From an uncultured Actinomycetota bacterium (lineage in GTDB: Bacteria; Actinomycetota; Actinomycetes; Propionibacteriales; Nocardioidaceae), in contig CAVXGJ010000008.1 of NCBI GenBank assembly GCA_963761285.1, positions 86,062 to 150,061 on the forward strand: DNA of 64,000 bases, given 5' to 3'. Of the stretch, positions 37,954-49,002 are shown one piece after another. The notes beneath the pieces were generated by a model, which made no database searches, was not told the DNA's origin, and worked only from the letters and a program-made list of their open reading frames with translations. The first letter of the stretch is position 1. Each line of letters opens with the position of its first letter. The translations under genes were made by a program, and so were the position numbers.

Positions 37954-38372
37954 CTAACGGTAATGGGGACCGCGTGATCGCGTAGGCCGTTGGCGTCGCT
38001 GAGCTTCGCAGGGCCGTTCGTTGGCTGTCGCTGTCGCTGTCGCACCGCCTTCGGGGCCACCGCTGAGCCGGTATCGCATCGCAAGTTGGGTGATCTGGGG
38101 AAGAGCGACAACGGTCGTTCGACGAATAATGCCAAATAGTTCTGACGTCTATTTACACAGGCGGCCGCGCAGGAGTAAGTTTTCTTTACGCCCGGATCGT
38201 GAGTTGGGCAGGTCAGATCTCTCGTGGTCGGACTTTCTCGGCTCCCATCGCGGTGCGTATCCCCGAGGGGGATCTGTTGCAGGTCTCGCGTCGGCCGGTG
38301 ATTCAGAGCATCGGTCGTCGGACGGCGTGAGCAATTCACGCAAGACTAGGCACCAATCTGAGGGAGAAGCAC

Positions 38373-38711
38373 ATGCCTAGCGTCGAAGTAAAGGGAAATC
38401 TCAACAAGTTCTATGAGCAGGTCTCGGCCGATCTGCCAAAGCTCCTTGAGGGCGCCGCAATCGGCAGCGCCATCATCTTCAACAACACCGACAAAGCGGT
38501 GAACTTCTACGTCTACAACTACATCGACAACATCTACCTGGTGTCAGCGATGCACACGTTGGTGGCGCCCGGGAAGGCCGGAAGGGTTGCGGCTTCCGGC
38601 AAGAGCTACAAGGTGCACCCCAACGACGACAAGCGCCAAGAGTTTCTTGTCGACCCCAACAAGGCCTACGTGTATGGGGGCCCTGGCGACATCGAGAACG
38701 TGTCGTCGTAA
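38373..38711 (+). CDS. Small hypothetical protein in a lower-GC islet
   Basis: RBS GAGGGAG; Asn/Tyr/Lys-rich 112 aa. Confidence 0.75.
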   Translation: MPSVEVKGNLNKFYEQVSADLPKLLEGAAIGSAIIFNNTDKAVNFYVYNYIDNIYLVSAMHTLVAPGKAGRVAASGKSYKVHPNDDKRQEFLVDPNKAYVYGGPGDIENVSS

Positions 38712-38824
38712 GACCGTCCACACCGCCAAGACGCAGATGGTCTGGTGCCGGGCACCCCTTGTCACCGGCCCCTGCGTGAGCAGCGATCACCCGCTTGGTG
38801 ACTGACTGAGGGCTCGCTGTCGCA

Positions 38825-38861
38825 GGATTCCCACGTGCTGGCGCCGGCACGTGGGGCATCC
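38825..38861. terminator. Hairpin between the two islet genes
   Basis: GGATTCCCACGTGC...GCACGTGGGGCATCC imperfect inverted repeat. Confidence 0.4.
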
Positions 38862-38955
38862 TGGCGTATTCACATGCGCAGCAAACAATTGATCGAGACT
38901 TCTTTTGATGCGTCGCGTGTTGCACGTGTGCAGTTGTGAGGTGGAGGGAGCCGCC

Positions 38956-39246
38956 ATGAATTGGAAAGATATCAACAAGAGAAACCTCGAACGCATCGAT
39001 GAGGGAGGCAAGCTGTACTACATGCAGGCCGTAAAGCTGGTCCTCATCGGGCCAGGGCACGCAGACCCCGATGTGGAACGCGTCCGCGACTCCTTCAATC
39101 GAGCGGAAGGCGGGCTGGTCAAGATAGAAAATGGCACGCGTTGGGACTTCTTGGCTGATGGCGTAAGGGATCGCCGGGAGTTCGAAGACGCAATCCAAGA
39201 ATGCGGGGGCCGCTACAAGAAATCCAAAGTAACTTACCTGAATTGA
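38956..39246 (+). CDS. Small hypothetical protein in a lower-GC islet
   Basis: RBS GGAGGGAG before ATG; 96 aa; several A/T-ending codons. Confidence 0.7.
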   Translation: MNWKDINKRNLERIDEGGKLYYMQAVKLVLIGPGHADPDVERVRDSFNRAEGGLVKIENGTRWDFLADGVRDRREFEDAIQECGGRYKKSKVTYLN

Positions 39247-39416
39247 GAGCACGGTGCGGCGCTCGTTGGGTCCACCTGGCCGGCCTGACAGACCCGTTGA
39301 CCACGAACTACTGCTGTACCTCCGGAGTGTCTTCCAGACCAGGGGTGGCGGGCCGGTTACGGGGGTTCTTGGCTCGCAAGCTCGCACCTCAACGAGCGTG
39401 TGGCTCGGCGCGCACC

Positions 39417-40597
39417 TCAACCAGCGTTGGACTTGGGTTTACGGACGCCGCCGTAGATGCCGCGGCGCACGATCAGCGGCTGGAGGATCGAGTTGATGGT
39501 CCAGGCCGGGAAGCGGAAGGCGCGGCCGTTGGCGGCGAAGACCTCCAGGCCGTCGGGCTGCACTCCCAGCACCGAGCCCCAGCGTCGCTTCGGCGGTTGG
39601 TAGGCCTTCGGCGCCTTGCCGGCCAGCACCGCACGGACGTTGCGGGCCAGGAGCTTGTCGGCGCGGTTGCGGGCCGAGGTGCGCAGCGGGTCGGTGGCGG
39701 CCACGTCGCCGACCGACCACACCCCGGGCGCCCCCGGCACCCGCAGCTCCGGGTCGACGGTGACGAAGCCGTGCTCGTCGAGCAGGTCGGCCGGCAGCCA
39801 CCCGGTGTTGGGGTGCACCCGACCGATCGCCCACAGCACCGCGTCGGCCCGGGTCGGCGGCTGCCCGGTGCTCCACGCGACCGGGTCGGCGGTGATCGCG
39901 TCGCACCCGAAGCCCTCGGGCACCACCGCGCGATGCTCCGGGTGCAGGGTCACCCCGGCGGCGTCGAGGCGGCGCTGCACCTGCCGCCAGACGCGATGGT
40001 GGTGCTGGGGGAGGGCCCGCTCGCCCAGGGAAGTAGAGGTGCACCCGGCTGTCCGGCCAGGCGAGCGCGAGGTTGAGCGCACTGCTCACCGCCGCCGCCC
40101 CGCCGCCCACGACGGCGATCGACGACGCTGCGGCGAGGCGCTCGTGTGCTTCCTGCAGGTCGGCCCCGACCTGGTCCGGGGACTGGAGGTCCGGGCGGCG
40201 CCAGAAGCCGTTGGTGACGCCGGTCGCGATCACCAGGACGTCGTACGGCTCGGCGTGCAGGAACCCGTCGGGGTCGGTGACCAGGACGGTGCGTCCGTCG
40301 AGGTCCAGCCCGGTGAGGCTGCCATGCACGCGCTTGACCCGGTCGAGCCCGCGGAAGCGGTCGAGGGAGATCCAGTAGTCGCGCGCCCAGTCGTCGGGCC
40401 GGGCCAACCGCACCCCGAGCTCCTGGCCGCTGACCAGCGACTGCTTCGCCGACACCCCGACGACCTCGCCGACCGCACGCGGAGCGCGCGAGGTGCACGG
40501 CGCACAGCAGCCCGCTGTCGCCGAGGCCCGCGACGACGACCTTGGCCTTCTGCTTCTTTGGGCTTCTTGGGTTTTTGCTGGGCTCGGGCTCGCTCAC
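39417..40597 (-). CDS. FAD/NAD(P)-dependent oxidoreductase (frameshifts near 40030 and 40470)
   Basis: VVVAGLGDSG, YDVLVIATG, VVGGGAAAV, VWSVGDV across three frames. Confidence 0.8.
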
Positions 40598-41474
40598 CCG
40601 CGCACCCGACGGGGCGGGCGCGGCATCAGCATCGGCACCCGGTCGATCACCTCCTGGTAGTGCGGGCGCCGCTCGAGGCTGCGCTCCTCCATCAGCGGGA
40701 TGCTGGCTCCGAGGAACATCGCCAGCATCGCCGCGACGCCGATCGAAGAGCCACCAGAAGTCGCCGGGGGCAGCCGCGATCCCGAACAGCGCGAGCGAGA
40801 CCCAGAACATCAGCTCGCCGAAGTAGTTGGGGTGTCGCGACCAGGACCACACGCCCCGGTCCATGACCTGGCCCGGCTGGCGGTCGCGCACGAAGCGGTG
40901 CATCTGCAGGTCGGCGACCAGCTCGAGGGCCACCGCGCCCACGCCGACGACGACGGCGAGGACGTCGATGAGGCCGACGTCGCGACCGGAGCGGGTGACG
41001 GCGACATACATCGGCAGGCAGCCGAGGAAGACCTGGATCGTCGGGATCAGGTGGATCCCGAACAGGTCGGCGACGACGTCGAACCGTCCGGCGCGCTCGC
41101 GCAGCAGCGGGTAGCGCCAGTCCTCGTGGTGCAGCCCCGGCCAGGCGTAGGCCCAGTTGGCGGTCAGGCGCACCGCCCACAGCAGCACGACCAGCGCGAC
41201 CAGCCAGAAGCGCACCGGATCGATGCCGTCGCTCTGGCTCCACCAGTAGAAGAGCAGCAGCGGGGGGACCACGCTCCAGTAGGCGTCGTAGAAGCTGGAG
41301 TTCCGGTGGACCCGGCTGAAGCCGAAGATGACGAGGGTCGCCAGCAGGTCGGCGATGAGCGCGTCGAGCCAGAGCGTAGGCGGTGGTGGGGCCGAGCGCG
41401 AGCCACAGGACGGCCACCGCGAGCGCGGCGACGTAGGCCTGGGCCACCCGGAGGAGAGAGGCGTTCTTGGTCAC
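40594..41474 (-). CDS. DUF1295 / steroid 5-alpha-reductase-like membrane protein (frameshifted)
   Basis: NSSFYDAYWS, WAVRLTANW, EDWRY, GVWSWSRHPNYFGE. Confidence 0.85.
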
Positions 41475-41621
41475 GGGAACCGAACCTAGTGACTCCAGGT
41501 TTGGGGCGCAGGAGAATGATGTGAGCGAGAGGACCTCGGGACGCTCAAGTTGTTGCATGTCGGCGCCGATACATGGGTACAGCGCCATGTGAGGGCAGCG
41601 TTCCGAGGAGGGTTGAAGACG

Positions 41622-42188
41622 GTGGAGACGACGAGCGAGGTCGCCGAACGCTACGGCGACCGCGGAGCGGTTCTCGCGCGGCTGTCCTTCGAGTGGACCG
41701 TCCTGCACCGGATGCCCTGGCCCGGTCGCAACGACTCCTTCCTCGACCACGTCGCCATCGGACCCACCGGGGTCTACGTGATCGTTGTCGGCGACGACAT
41801 CCGTGAGGCCGCCGCCGGCGCCGAGGCCATCGCGGGCTACCTGCCCGGGCTGCCCCGCGACAGCGTGCACGGAGTCCTCGTGGGTCCGGACAACCCCGCG
41901 CCCTGGATCGAGGAGGACGGCGCGCTGCGCTGCGAGACCGTCGACCTGGTCCGGGTGCTGCGCTCGCGTCCCAAGACGCTGACCAACGAGCAGGTGGCCG
42001 GCATCGTCGGTGTCGTCCACGTCGGCCTCGAGCGCAGCGAGCGCGCCCGAGCCGCCGCCGAGCTGGCCGCGCGCGACGCGATCGCCGCTGCCGAACGAGC
42101 TGAGGCGGCTGCGGCTGCGGCCAGGGTGCGCCAGGAGTCCCGGCACCGGGCCCCGGCGATCCGCTGGTGGAACCGACACCCGGCCTGA
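41622..42188 (+). CDS. Degenerate NERD-like protein
   Basis: WTVLH, DHVAIGPTGVYVI but lacks the D-x-K of the copy at 24092; RBS GGAGGG. Confidence 0.6.
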   Translation: METTSEVAERYGDRGAVLARLSFEWTVLHRMPWPGRNDSFLDHVAIGPTGVYVIVVGDDIREAAAGAEAIAGYLPGLPRDSVHGVLVGPDNPAPWIEEDGALRCETVDLVRVLRSRPKTLTNEQVAGIVGVVHVGLERSERARAAAELAARDAIAAAERAEAAAAAARVRQESRHRAPAIRWWNRHPA

Positions 42189-42219
42189 TCCGGCCCACCG
42201 ACCCTGCGAGGCTGCTCTC

Positions 42220-43401
42220 ATGAGCACCGCCCGCACCTACGACCTCGTCCTGCTCGGCGCCACCGGTTTCACCGCGCGTCTCGCCACGGCTCACCTGGCC
42301 GCGCACCGTCCCGCCGACCTGCGTTGGGCGCTGGCCGGTCGCTCCCGCGAGCGCCTCGAGCAGGCGCGCGACGCGGCGGCCGAGCTCGACCCGCGACTGG
42401 CCGAGCTGCCGATCGAGATCGTCGAGCTCACCGATGCCGCGGGCCTGGCCGACCTCGCCGCCTCGACCGCGGTGCTCGTCAACGCGACGGGCCCCTACCT
42501 GGTGCACGGCGAGCCTGTCGTGCGCGCCTGCGCCGAGAGCGGCACCGACTACGTGGACCTGACGGGCGAGCCCGAGTTCGTCGACCGGATGTATGCCCTG
42601 CACCACGCGACCGCGGTCCGCACCGGGGCGCGGCTCGTGCATGCGTGCGGCTTCGACTCCGTGCCCCACGACCTCGGCGCGCTGCACGCCGTACGGCAGG
42701 TGCCCGCCCAGCACCGTGCGGGGCCGATCGCGCTGCGCGGCATCGTGCGCGCGACCGGGGGCGTCAGCGGCGGCACCGTCGCATCGATGCTCAACGCGGT
42801 CTCGCGACTCAAGCCGATGAAGGAGGCCGCCGCGGCGCGCGGCCGGCTGGAGGCACCACCTGTCGGGCGTACGTCGACCGCCGTCACCGGTCGCCCGCAC
42901 CGCGACCCGGTCACCGGCTCGTGGCTGCTGCCGCTGCCGGCGATCGACCAGCAGATCATCGCCCGCTCCGGAGCAGCCCTGGCCGACTTCGGTCCTCAGG
43001 TCACCTACTCCCACTACGCCGGCATCAAGCGGTTGCCGGTGCTCGTCGGCGCGCTCGCCGGTGTCGGGGTCGGCCTCGGTGCCGCCCAGATCGGGCCCGT
43101 ACGTCGCGCCGTCGCCAAGCGGCTGCCGCAGGGCACCGGTCCCGACGATGCGACCCGGGCGGCGGCCTCGTTCACGGTCGACTTCGTCGCCGAGCACCGG
43201 GGCGGCACCACTCACACCCAGGTCCGCGGACCCGACCCTTACGACGTGTCCGGCATCGCCCTCGCCGAGGCGGCGCTGAGCCTGGCCTTCGACGACAACC
43301 CGGCCGTCCTGGGCCAGGTGACGACCGCTCAGGCGATGGGCGACCGCCTCACCGCGAGACTCGAGCAGCACGGGATCAGCTTCGCCGTCGTGTCTGCCTG
43401 A
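42220..43401 (+). CDS. Saccharopine dehydrogenase-like / trans-acting enoyl reductase family
   Basis: LLGATGFT, LAGRS, NATGPY, YVDLTGE, CGFDSVPHDLG. Confidence 0.88.
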   Translation: MSTARTYDLVLLGATGFTARLATAHLAAHRPADLRWALAGRSRERLEQARDAAAELDPRLAELPIEIVELTDAAGLADLAASTAVLVNATGPYLVHGEPVVRACAESGTDYVDLTGEPEFVDRMYALHHATAVRTGARLVHACGFDSVPHDLGALHAVRQVPAQHRAGPIALRGIVRATGGVSGGTVASMLNAVSRLKPMKEAAAARGRLEAPPVGRTSTAVTGRPHRDPVTGSWLLPLPAIDQQIIARSGAALADFGPQVTYSHYAGIKRLPVLVGALAGVGVGLGAAQIGPVRRAVAKRLPQGTGPDDATRAAASFTVDFVAEHRGGTTHTQVRGPDPYDVSGIALAEAALSLAFDDNPAVLGQVTTAQAMGDRLTARLEQHGISFAVVSA

Positions 43402-43427
43402 CCACAACCTGCAGTCGATCCACGCTC

Positions 43428-43481
43428 CTGTCCACAGGCTCGGAATTCGAGGTTTTGGCGGCTCGTCGTAGCGGTGAGCGT
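43428..43481 (+). promoter_or_regulatory. DnaA-box variant plus -10-like hexamer (leaderless)
   Basis: CTGTCCACAG 43428; GAGCGT 43476; ATG 43489. Confidence 0.4.
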
Positions 43482-43488
43482 TGGGGGC

Positions 43489-46167
43489 ATGACCTCCACC
43501 CGACGCCTTTCGCGTTCCCTCCGTCGTCCCTTCCGCCGTCCCCTCCTGGCCACGCTCTGCGCGCTCGTCCTGGTGCTCGCCACCTTCAGCCTCGTCGTCG
43601 CCCCGCCCGGTGGGCCGCCCCCGGCTGCGGCGGCGACGCGGGTCGCGAAGGACGACTGCCGCAGGATCGACCCCAACCTCGTCAACGGCGTCTGCCTGCG
43701 CTTCGCGACGCCGCGAGGCAGCGCGCTGACCTGGATCGGCACCTATCGGGCACCCGAACGGGCGGGTGTTCTTCTGCATCGACTACCTCTACGACTCCCG
43801 GTTGCCGGCGCAGGCCGAGTCGGTCTCGACCCGCGACCTGGTCAACCAGCTCGGTCAGGGCGTCGGCGACCGTGAGGTGGCCGCCCTCAACTACGTCATC
43901 TCGACCTGGGCCGGGCGCGGCTCGACCGGCAGCGACGAACGCGACGCCGCGATCGCGCTCATCGTGCGCGAGGTGATGGACGACGGCACCCGTCCGGGCG
44001 GGGTGGTCGTCTACCCCGGCGGCCTCGAGGTGGGCGAACGGGTGCGCCCGCCGATCGGCGGGCTCGGGCGGTGAGGTGATGCGCCTGGCTCGCACGATGT
44101 GGCGGGAGGCGTCGCGCGCCTACGGTCCGTGGCGGCTGAGCCTGCGCAAGACCTCCGACGGGCCGATGCGGCTCGGCCGCAGCCGCACCTACCGGGTCGA
44201 GGTCACCAGCGCCGCGGGGCGTCCGGTCAAGGGCGTCCGGGTGCGGCTGGCCTGCCGTGGCCCGATCACCTGCCCGGACGGCGTGCGCACCACCCGCCGC
44301 GGTGCGCCGCTGCGGGTGCGTCCCACCGAGACCGGTCGGTTCCGGATCCGCGCGCGGGTGTCCGGGCCGGACTCCGACGGGCTGCTCTACCGCGAACGCG
44401 GGTGGAGCACGCACGGCGGCGCCACCGCCCGGGCGCTCGGAGTCCAGCGTGGATGGATCGCGCAGGACAACCGGGCGCGAGCATCTGCGACGGCGCGCAC
44501 CACCATCAAGAAGGCTCGCCCGGAGGTGGTCACCCGCACGTCGCACCCGGTGGTGAAGCCCGGGGCCGACCTCCACGACGTCGTCACGGTCACCGGACTT
44601 CCCGAGGGCTACGCCGCCACCGTGGTCGCCACCCTGCACGGTCCGTATGACGAGCGCCCCGGCCGCGACGACGTGCACCGACGCCAGCCGCGCCGGTCGG
44701 GTGCGCTTCGAGGTCGACGGCAACGGCACCTTCACCACCCCCTCCGTCACCGTGGCCGCGGTGGGCTACTACACCTGGGTCGAACGCTTCCCCGGCGACC
44801 GCTTCACGGTGCCGTTGACCACTCGTTGCGGGATCGTCGAGGAGACCACGCTGGTGGAGCCCTTCACCCCGGCCCTGATCACCGAGGCCTCGCGGCAGCG
44901 AGCCGAGGTCGGCGACGCGATCCACGACTCCGTCGAGGTCACCGGTCTGGCCGACACCGCGGCGACCCTCGAGTGGGCGCTGCACGGGCCGCGCCGTCCT
45001 GTCGACGGGTCGTGCGGCGAGGTCCGCTGGGGTGCGGCGGAGGTGGCAGATCAGGGCAGCCTGGCGATCAGCGGCGACGGCACCTACCGCACGCCGGCCA
45101 CGCGGCTGGCGCGCGCCGGTTGCTACACCTACTCCCAGCGGCTCGCCCCCACCGCCCTCAGCTCCGAGGCGCTCAGCCCTCCGGGCCTGGCGCTCGAGAC
45201 GACGCTGGTGCGGCGTCGTACGCCCGAGGTGACGACGGTGGTCTCCGACCAGCGCGCGCTGGTCGGCGACAAGATCCGCGACACGGTGCGGCTGCGAGGA
45301 CTGTGGTCGGGTGACCGGGTCCGGGTGTCGTGGCGGCTGCACGGTCCGCTCGCACCGCAGCGGGGCACGTCGTGCCGCGGGTTGGACTGGTCGGACGCGC
45401 CGGTCGTCGACGAGGGCGAGTTCGGGGCGCGCGGCAACGGGCGCCACCACACCCGCTGGACCACGGTGCGGGCGCCGGGGTGCTTCACCTACTCCGAGAC
45501 GGTGGCCGCGACCGATGCCACCGACCGGGTCGCCACCAGGCCCGGGATCCCGCTCGAGACCTCACTGGTGACCCGGCCGGTGACCCCGATCGTGCCGGAG
45601 ATCCCGTCGGGCTTCGCGATCGCTGCCGGCGACGCCTGGGACCGGCCTGCAGAGCGGACGACGCCGCGCTACCTCGAGCGCCGCTACGTCGCACCCGAGT
45701 CACCCGACCTGCTGCGCGGGGCGGCTTCGCCCGCCGAGCTGCGGATCCCGCGGTTGGGGATCCGGGCCGGGGTCAGCAGCGTCGGGCTCGACGCCGGCAC
45801 GATGGCGATCCCCAACGACACCGGCCGGCTCGGGTGGCTCTCCACGACCGCGGCGGCCACCGACCTGATCGGGGCGAGCCTCATCTCGGGCCACGTCTCC
45901 GACCGCCGCGACCGTCCGGGGGCGTTGTGGCGGCTGCGTGAGGCGCGGGTGGGCGACGCGGTGCGGTGGACCGACGCGAGCGGCGCGACGCAACGCTTCG
46001 TCGTACGTCGGGTCCAGCGGTTCCCGCGCAGCACCGGGGTGCCGGCGCGGCTGCTGCGCACCACCGGGCCTCACACCCTGCACCTGGTGACCTGCGCCGA
46101 CCGGCGCCGCACGAGCACCGGCTTCCACTACGTCGACAACCTCGTCGTGACCGCGGTGCTTCCGTAG
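43489..46167 (+). CDS. Secreted multidomain adhesin-like protein fused to a C-terminal class F sortase (three apparent frameshifts)
   Basis: Signal peptide; FFCIDY domain; three repeats of ..DxVxVxGL...LHGP...GC/YYT.S/VE...ETTLV; sortase LRIPRLGI, ISGH, LHLVTC, YVDN. Confidence 0.75.
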
Positions 46168-46227
46168 TGGACCCGGGGTGTGCGAGTCTCGCAAGAGCTC
46201 ACCGATGGACGGTGGAGAGGAGTTGGC

Positions 46228-46449
46228 ATGGCCAACGATGGATTCGGGTCCGATCTCTGGAAGAACCTCCAGGCGGTCCGGCTGGACAAGGACGGCGTGA
46301 TGCACGCTCCCGTCAACGTAGACGGGAAGGACGGCATCGTCGTCGGGGTCGATGCGATCGCGAAGAACGAGGCGGCCACCACGGCCGACTCCACCGACGT
46401 CCCCGTGCGGCGCCCGTGGTGGAAGCGGATCGGCCGCGCCCAGAGCTGA
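46228..46449 (+). CDS. Small hypothetical protein
   Basis: RBS GAGAGGAG; ends RRPWWKRIG. Confidence 0.55.
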   Translation: MANDGFGSDLWKNLQAVRLDKDGVMHAPVNVDGKDGIVVGVDAIAKNEAATTADSTDVPVRRPWWKRIGRAQS

Positions 46450-46467
46450 CCGCTCGGTCGGGATGAG

Positions 46468-47088
46468 TCAGACGAGGACCTCGATCTCGTTGCCCAGGGT
46501 GGCGCCCTGCTCGAGATCGAGGTCGTCGCCGGACCAGAACTTGCCGGGGTCGTAGTAGTTGGTGGGCTTCTTCGTGTCGAGCAGTCCCATGGACTGGTAG
46601 GTCGAGGCCACCACCTCGGCGCAGTAGGTCATCTCGACGCCGGCCTGGCGGCGGGCCCGGCCCTTGACCCACCGGCCGGCGAGGGCCGCGGTGGCAGGGA
46701 ACGGGGTGCCGTCGAGGCGGGCCACGCTCTGCAGCGCGGCATCCTCCATCTCGCGGGTGACCGCGGGGGAGAGCTGGCGCAACCAGGCCCGCTGCTCGTA
46801 GCGGCCGCACCACTGCACCACCGCCTCGCGCAGGTCGTGGAGCTGGACCCCGCGCTGGTGCTGGCCCGACCAGACGTCGAGCAGGCCCTTGCCGAGCTCG
46901 GCGTGCCACATCAGTGGGGGCAGGTCGTCGACGACGATCGCCATGCCGACGTGGTTGACCGGCGCGTTGGTCAGCACCCGGATAGCGTGGTCGGCGGCGG
47001 AAGCGCCACGGAACAGCCAGAGGTCGCCGGTGCGGGTCAGCTCGACCGCAGCATCGAGCGGCAGGCGGTCTCGGGTCATCGGGGTCAT
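46468..47088 (-). CDS. Permuted papain-like (YaeF/YiiX, NlpC/P60) protein
   Basis: GDLWLFRG, NHVGM His near the N-terminus, YCAEVVA Cys near the C-terminus. Confidence 0.7.
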   Translation of the reverse strand: MTPMTRDRLPLDAAVELTRTGDLWLFRGASAADHAIRVLTNAPVNHVGMAIVVDDLPPLMWHAELGKGLLDVWSGQHQRGVQLHDLREAVVQWCGRYEQRAWLRQLSPAVTREMEDAALQSVARLDGTPFPATAALAGRWVKGRARRQAGVEMTYCAEVVASTYQSMGLLDTKKPTNYYDPGKFWSGDDLDLEQGATLGNEIEVLV

Positions 47089-47311
47089 CGACGTGGGCCC
47101 TCCAGGGCTCATCAGGGGAACGGGAGTGCGGATGAAGCTGAGCGTGTGGAAGCTGCTTGGGTGTCGCCGGCGTGGCCGGTGTCGCCGCCACGGGGGTCAT
47201 CATCGCGCGCGACCAGCGCTCCCGCGCCGACCTCACCCCCGACGAGGTGCGCGAGCGGCTTCACGAGCGGCTCGCCGAAGTCGGCGAGTCCGGCGAGTCG
47301 GCGCCTGGCGG

Positions 47312-47615
47312 CTAGTCGCCGAGGTGGACGCGGACCCGGCGGGCGATCTCCTCAGCCAGCCGCGGTAGCCGCCGGGGGTCTCGTCCAGGTAGACGTAGCT
47401 GCCCATCGCGTCGAGCAGCGCGTCGAGCTCGGCCTCGGTAGAGCGGGGTCGGTCAGGACGGCGTCGAGCTCGACCAGCAGCCTGCGGTTGTCCTCCGGCG
47501 GGCTCGTCGGCGAGGTACTCCTCGAGCCCGCTCCAGAGGGTCTCGAAATCCTCGTGGTAGTAGCCCATCAGCTGCTGCTCAGCTCCGAGTCCTGCATGCG
47601 GTCAGTCTCCCTCAT
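47312..47615 (-). CDS. CdiI-like immunity protein (frameshifted)
   Basis: GYYHEDF motif, acidic, about 100 aa; ATGA-coupled to the toxin stop; reconstructed end WLEEIARRVRVHLGD-TAG. Confidence 0.65.
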
Positions 47616-49002
47616 GGCTTCACGTAGGCGGTGATGATGCGGTAGCCGTCCGGCATGGAGCGTGTCCTTCTTCAGGTAGAGGTGCACCGACGTGCCCTCG
47701 AAGACGTCGCCGGCCCGGTTCATGATCCGGCCCGGATTGGCGACGGGTGCCTCGAAGGCAGTGGACCGCCTGGGGCTGGCGAGGAACCGGGCCAGGGTCC
47801 GGCTCCGTCAGCGCCAGTACGGTCTGGATGGAGCGCTCCGCGGTGGCCTCGTCGGTGAAGGTGGACACCAACTTCTTGCCAGGCTCGTCGATCAACCGCT
47901 GCCTCAAGAAGTCGTCCGACTTGCCGACATGCTTCCCGATCGTGTGCGCCCCCAGCGCCCACCCTCGTGCGCCGCACAAGAACGACCTGGCCCGCCCGCC
48001 GCTCGACCCAGCCTTCCCCACCTCAGCGGTCATCAGCAGCCGCGCCTCGCTCATCGGGCGCAACCGCGCCCCGACGCCGGCCGCGGCGACGCGGGTGCCG
48101 GAGAGGGCCTGGGCGGCTTCGTCGGCGTAGCGCCGCACGAGGTCGAGCATCCGCTTGAAGCGGGGCGCGGCGGCCGCGATCTTGGCGAGGTTGACGGCGA
48201 CGGCGCCACCGTTGGCGGTGCCGAAGCTGACGAAGCCGAGCGCGAAGCCGGCGGCCTGGATGAGGGCGGCGTCGCGGAGCAGGTCGCGGACCAGGTCGAG
48301 GATCGCCGCGCGCTGGGCCTCGACTGCGGCGGCGTACCCCTCGCAGAGGGCGCCCAGATCGCGGCACTGGTCGGCGAGGTCGCCGATCGCGATCACCGCG
48401 CGGCCGATGGCTGCCGTCGCCGGGAGGACCTCGGGGGAGCACTCGGTCCAGAGCTCGTTGATCGCGCGGCGCGGGTGGCCGGCGATCTCGTCGAGACCGT
48501 CGCCGGCGCGGCGCCAGGTGGCGGCGGCACTCCGCAGCCGGTCGAGGTCGGCGTCGGGCCACACGAAGCCCTCGACGTGGTCGAGGATCATGTTGGCCCA
48601 GCCGGGCAGCGACGAGGAGTCCCCGCCCAGCGACCCCGGGGGTGTCGGGGCGAGCACGTCGACCCAGTCGTCGGTGCCGAGCGAGACTCCGTCGACCAGG
48701 CGCACCTCGCCGAGGGTGGAGGCGAGCTCGGCGCGGGTGTGGTTCTCCAGCGAGGCACGCGAGTAGCGGCCCAGGGTGCCCAGGGCGCCGACCACGTCGG
48801 CGAGGGCGGCGCACGCCGCGGCGGCCGCGGCGTCGTACTCCTCGGCCCACCGATCGGCGAACGAGGAGTCGCCGGCCATCGCTGCGGTGTCGACGAGGTC
48901 GTCGGCGAGCCGGCCGACGAGCCGGGCCGCCCACACGTTGGCGAAGTGCAGGAGCCCCGAGGCCTCGCGGTAGCCGCCCCCGGCGATGTCGAGCCGGGTC
49001 AC
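47612..49002 (-). CDS. CpnT-like type VII secretion polymorphic toxin with RNase-A-like C-terminal domain (frameshifts in toxin domain)
   Basis: N-terminal MAGD...YD..A...N..AE and VWPDADLDRLRSAAATWR; C-terminal HE.G..GAHTIGKHVGKSD...STF...SMPDGYRIITAYVKP. Confidence 0.8.

Noticed and set aside
38714-38722. CCGTCCACA as a DnaA-type promoter box
   Set aside because: Two mismatches and no supported gene start about 60 nt downstream.
23480-39400. Prophage or integrative element
   Set aside because: No integrase, transposase, phage structural genes or flanking direct repeats were visible; the region is treated as a patchwork accessory region.
47233-47311. C-terminal part of track ORF 47233-47568
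   Set aside because: A one-base correction gives a sensible ending with TAG at 47312; the Arg-rich tail is probably an out-of-frame artefact.
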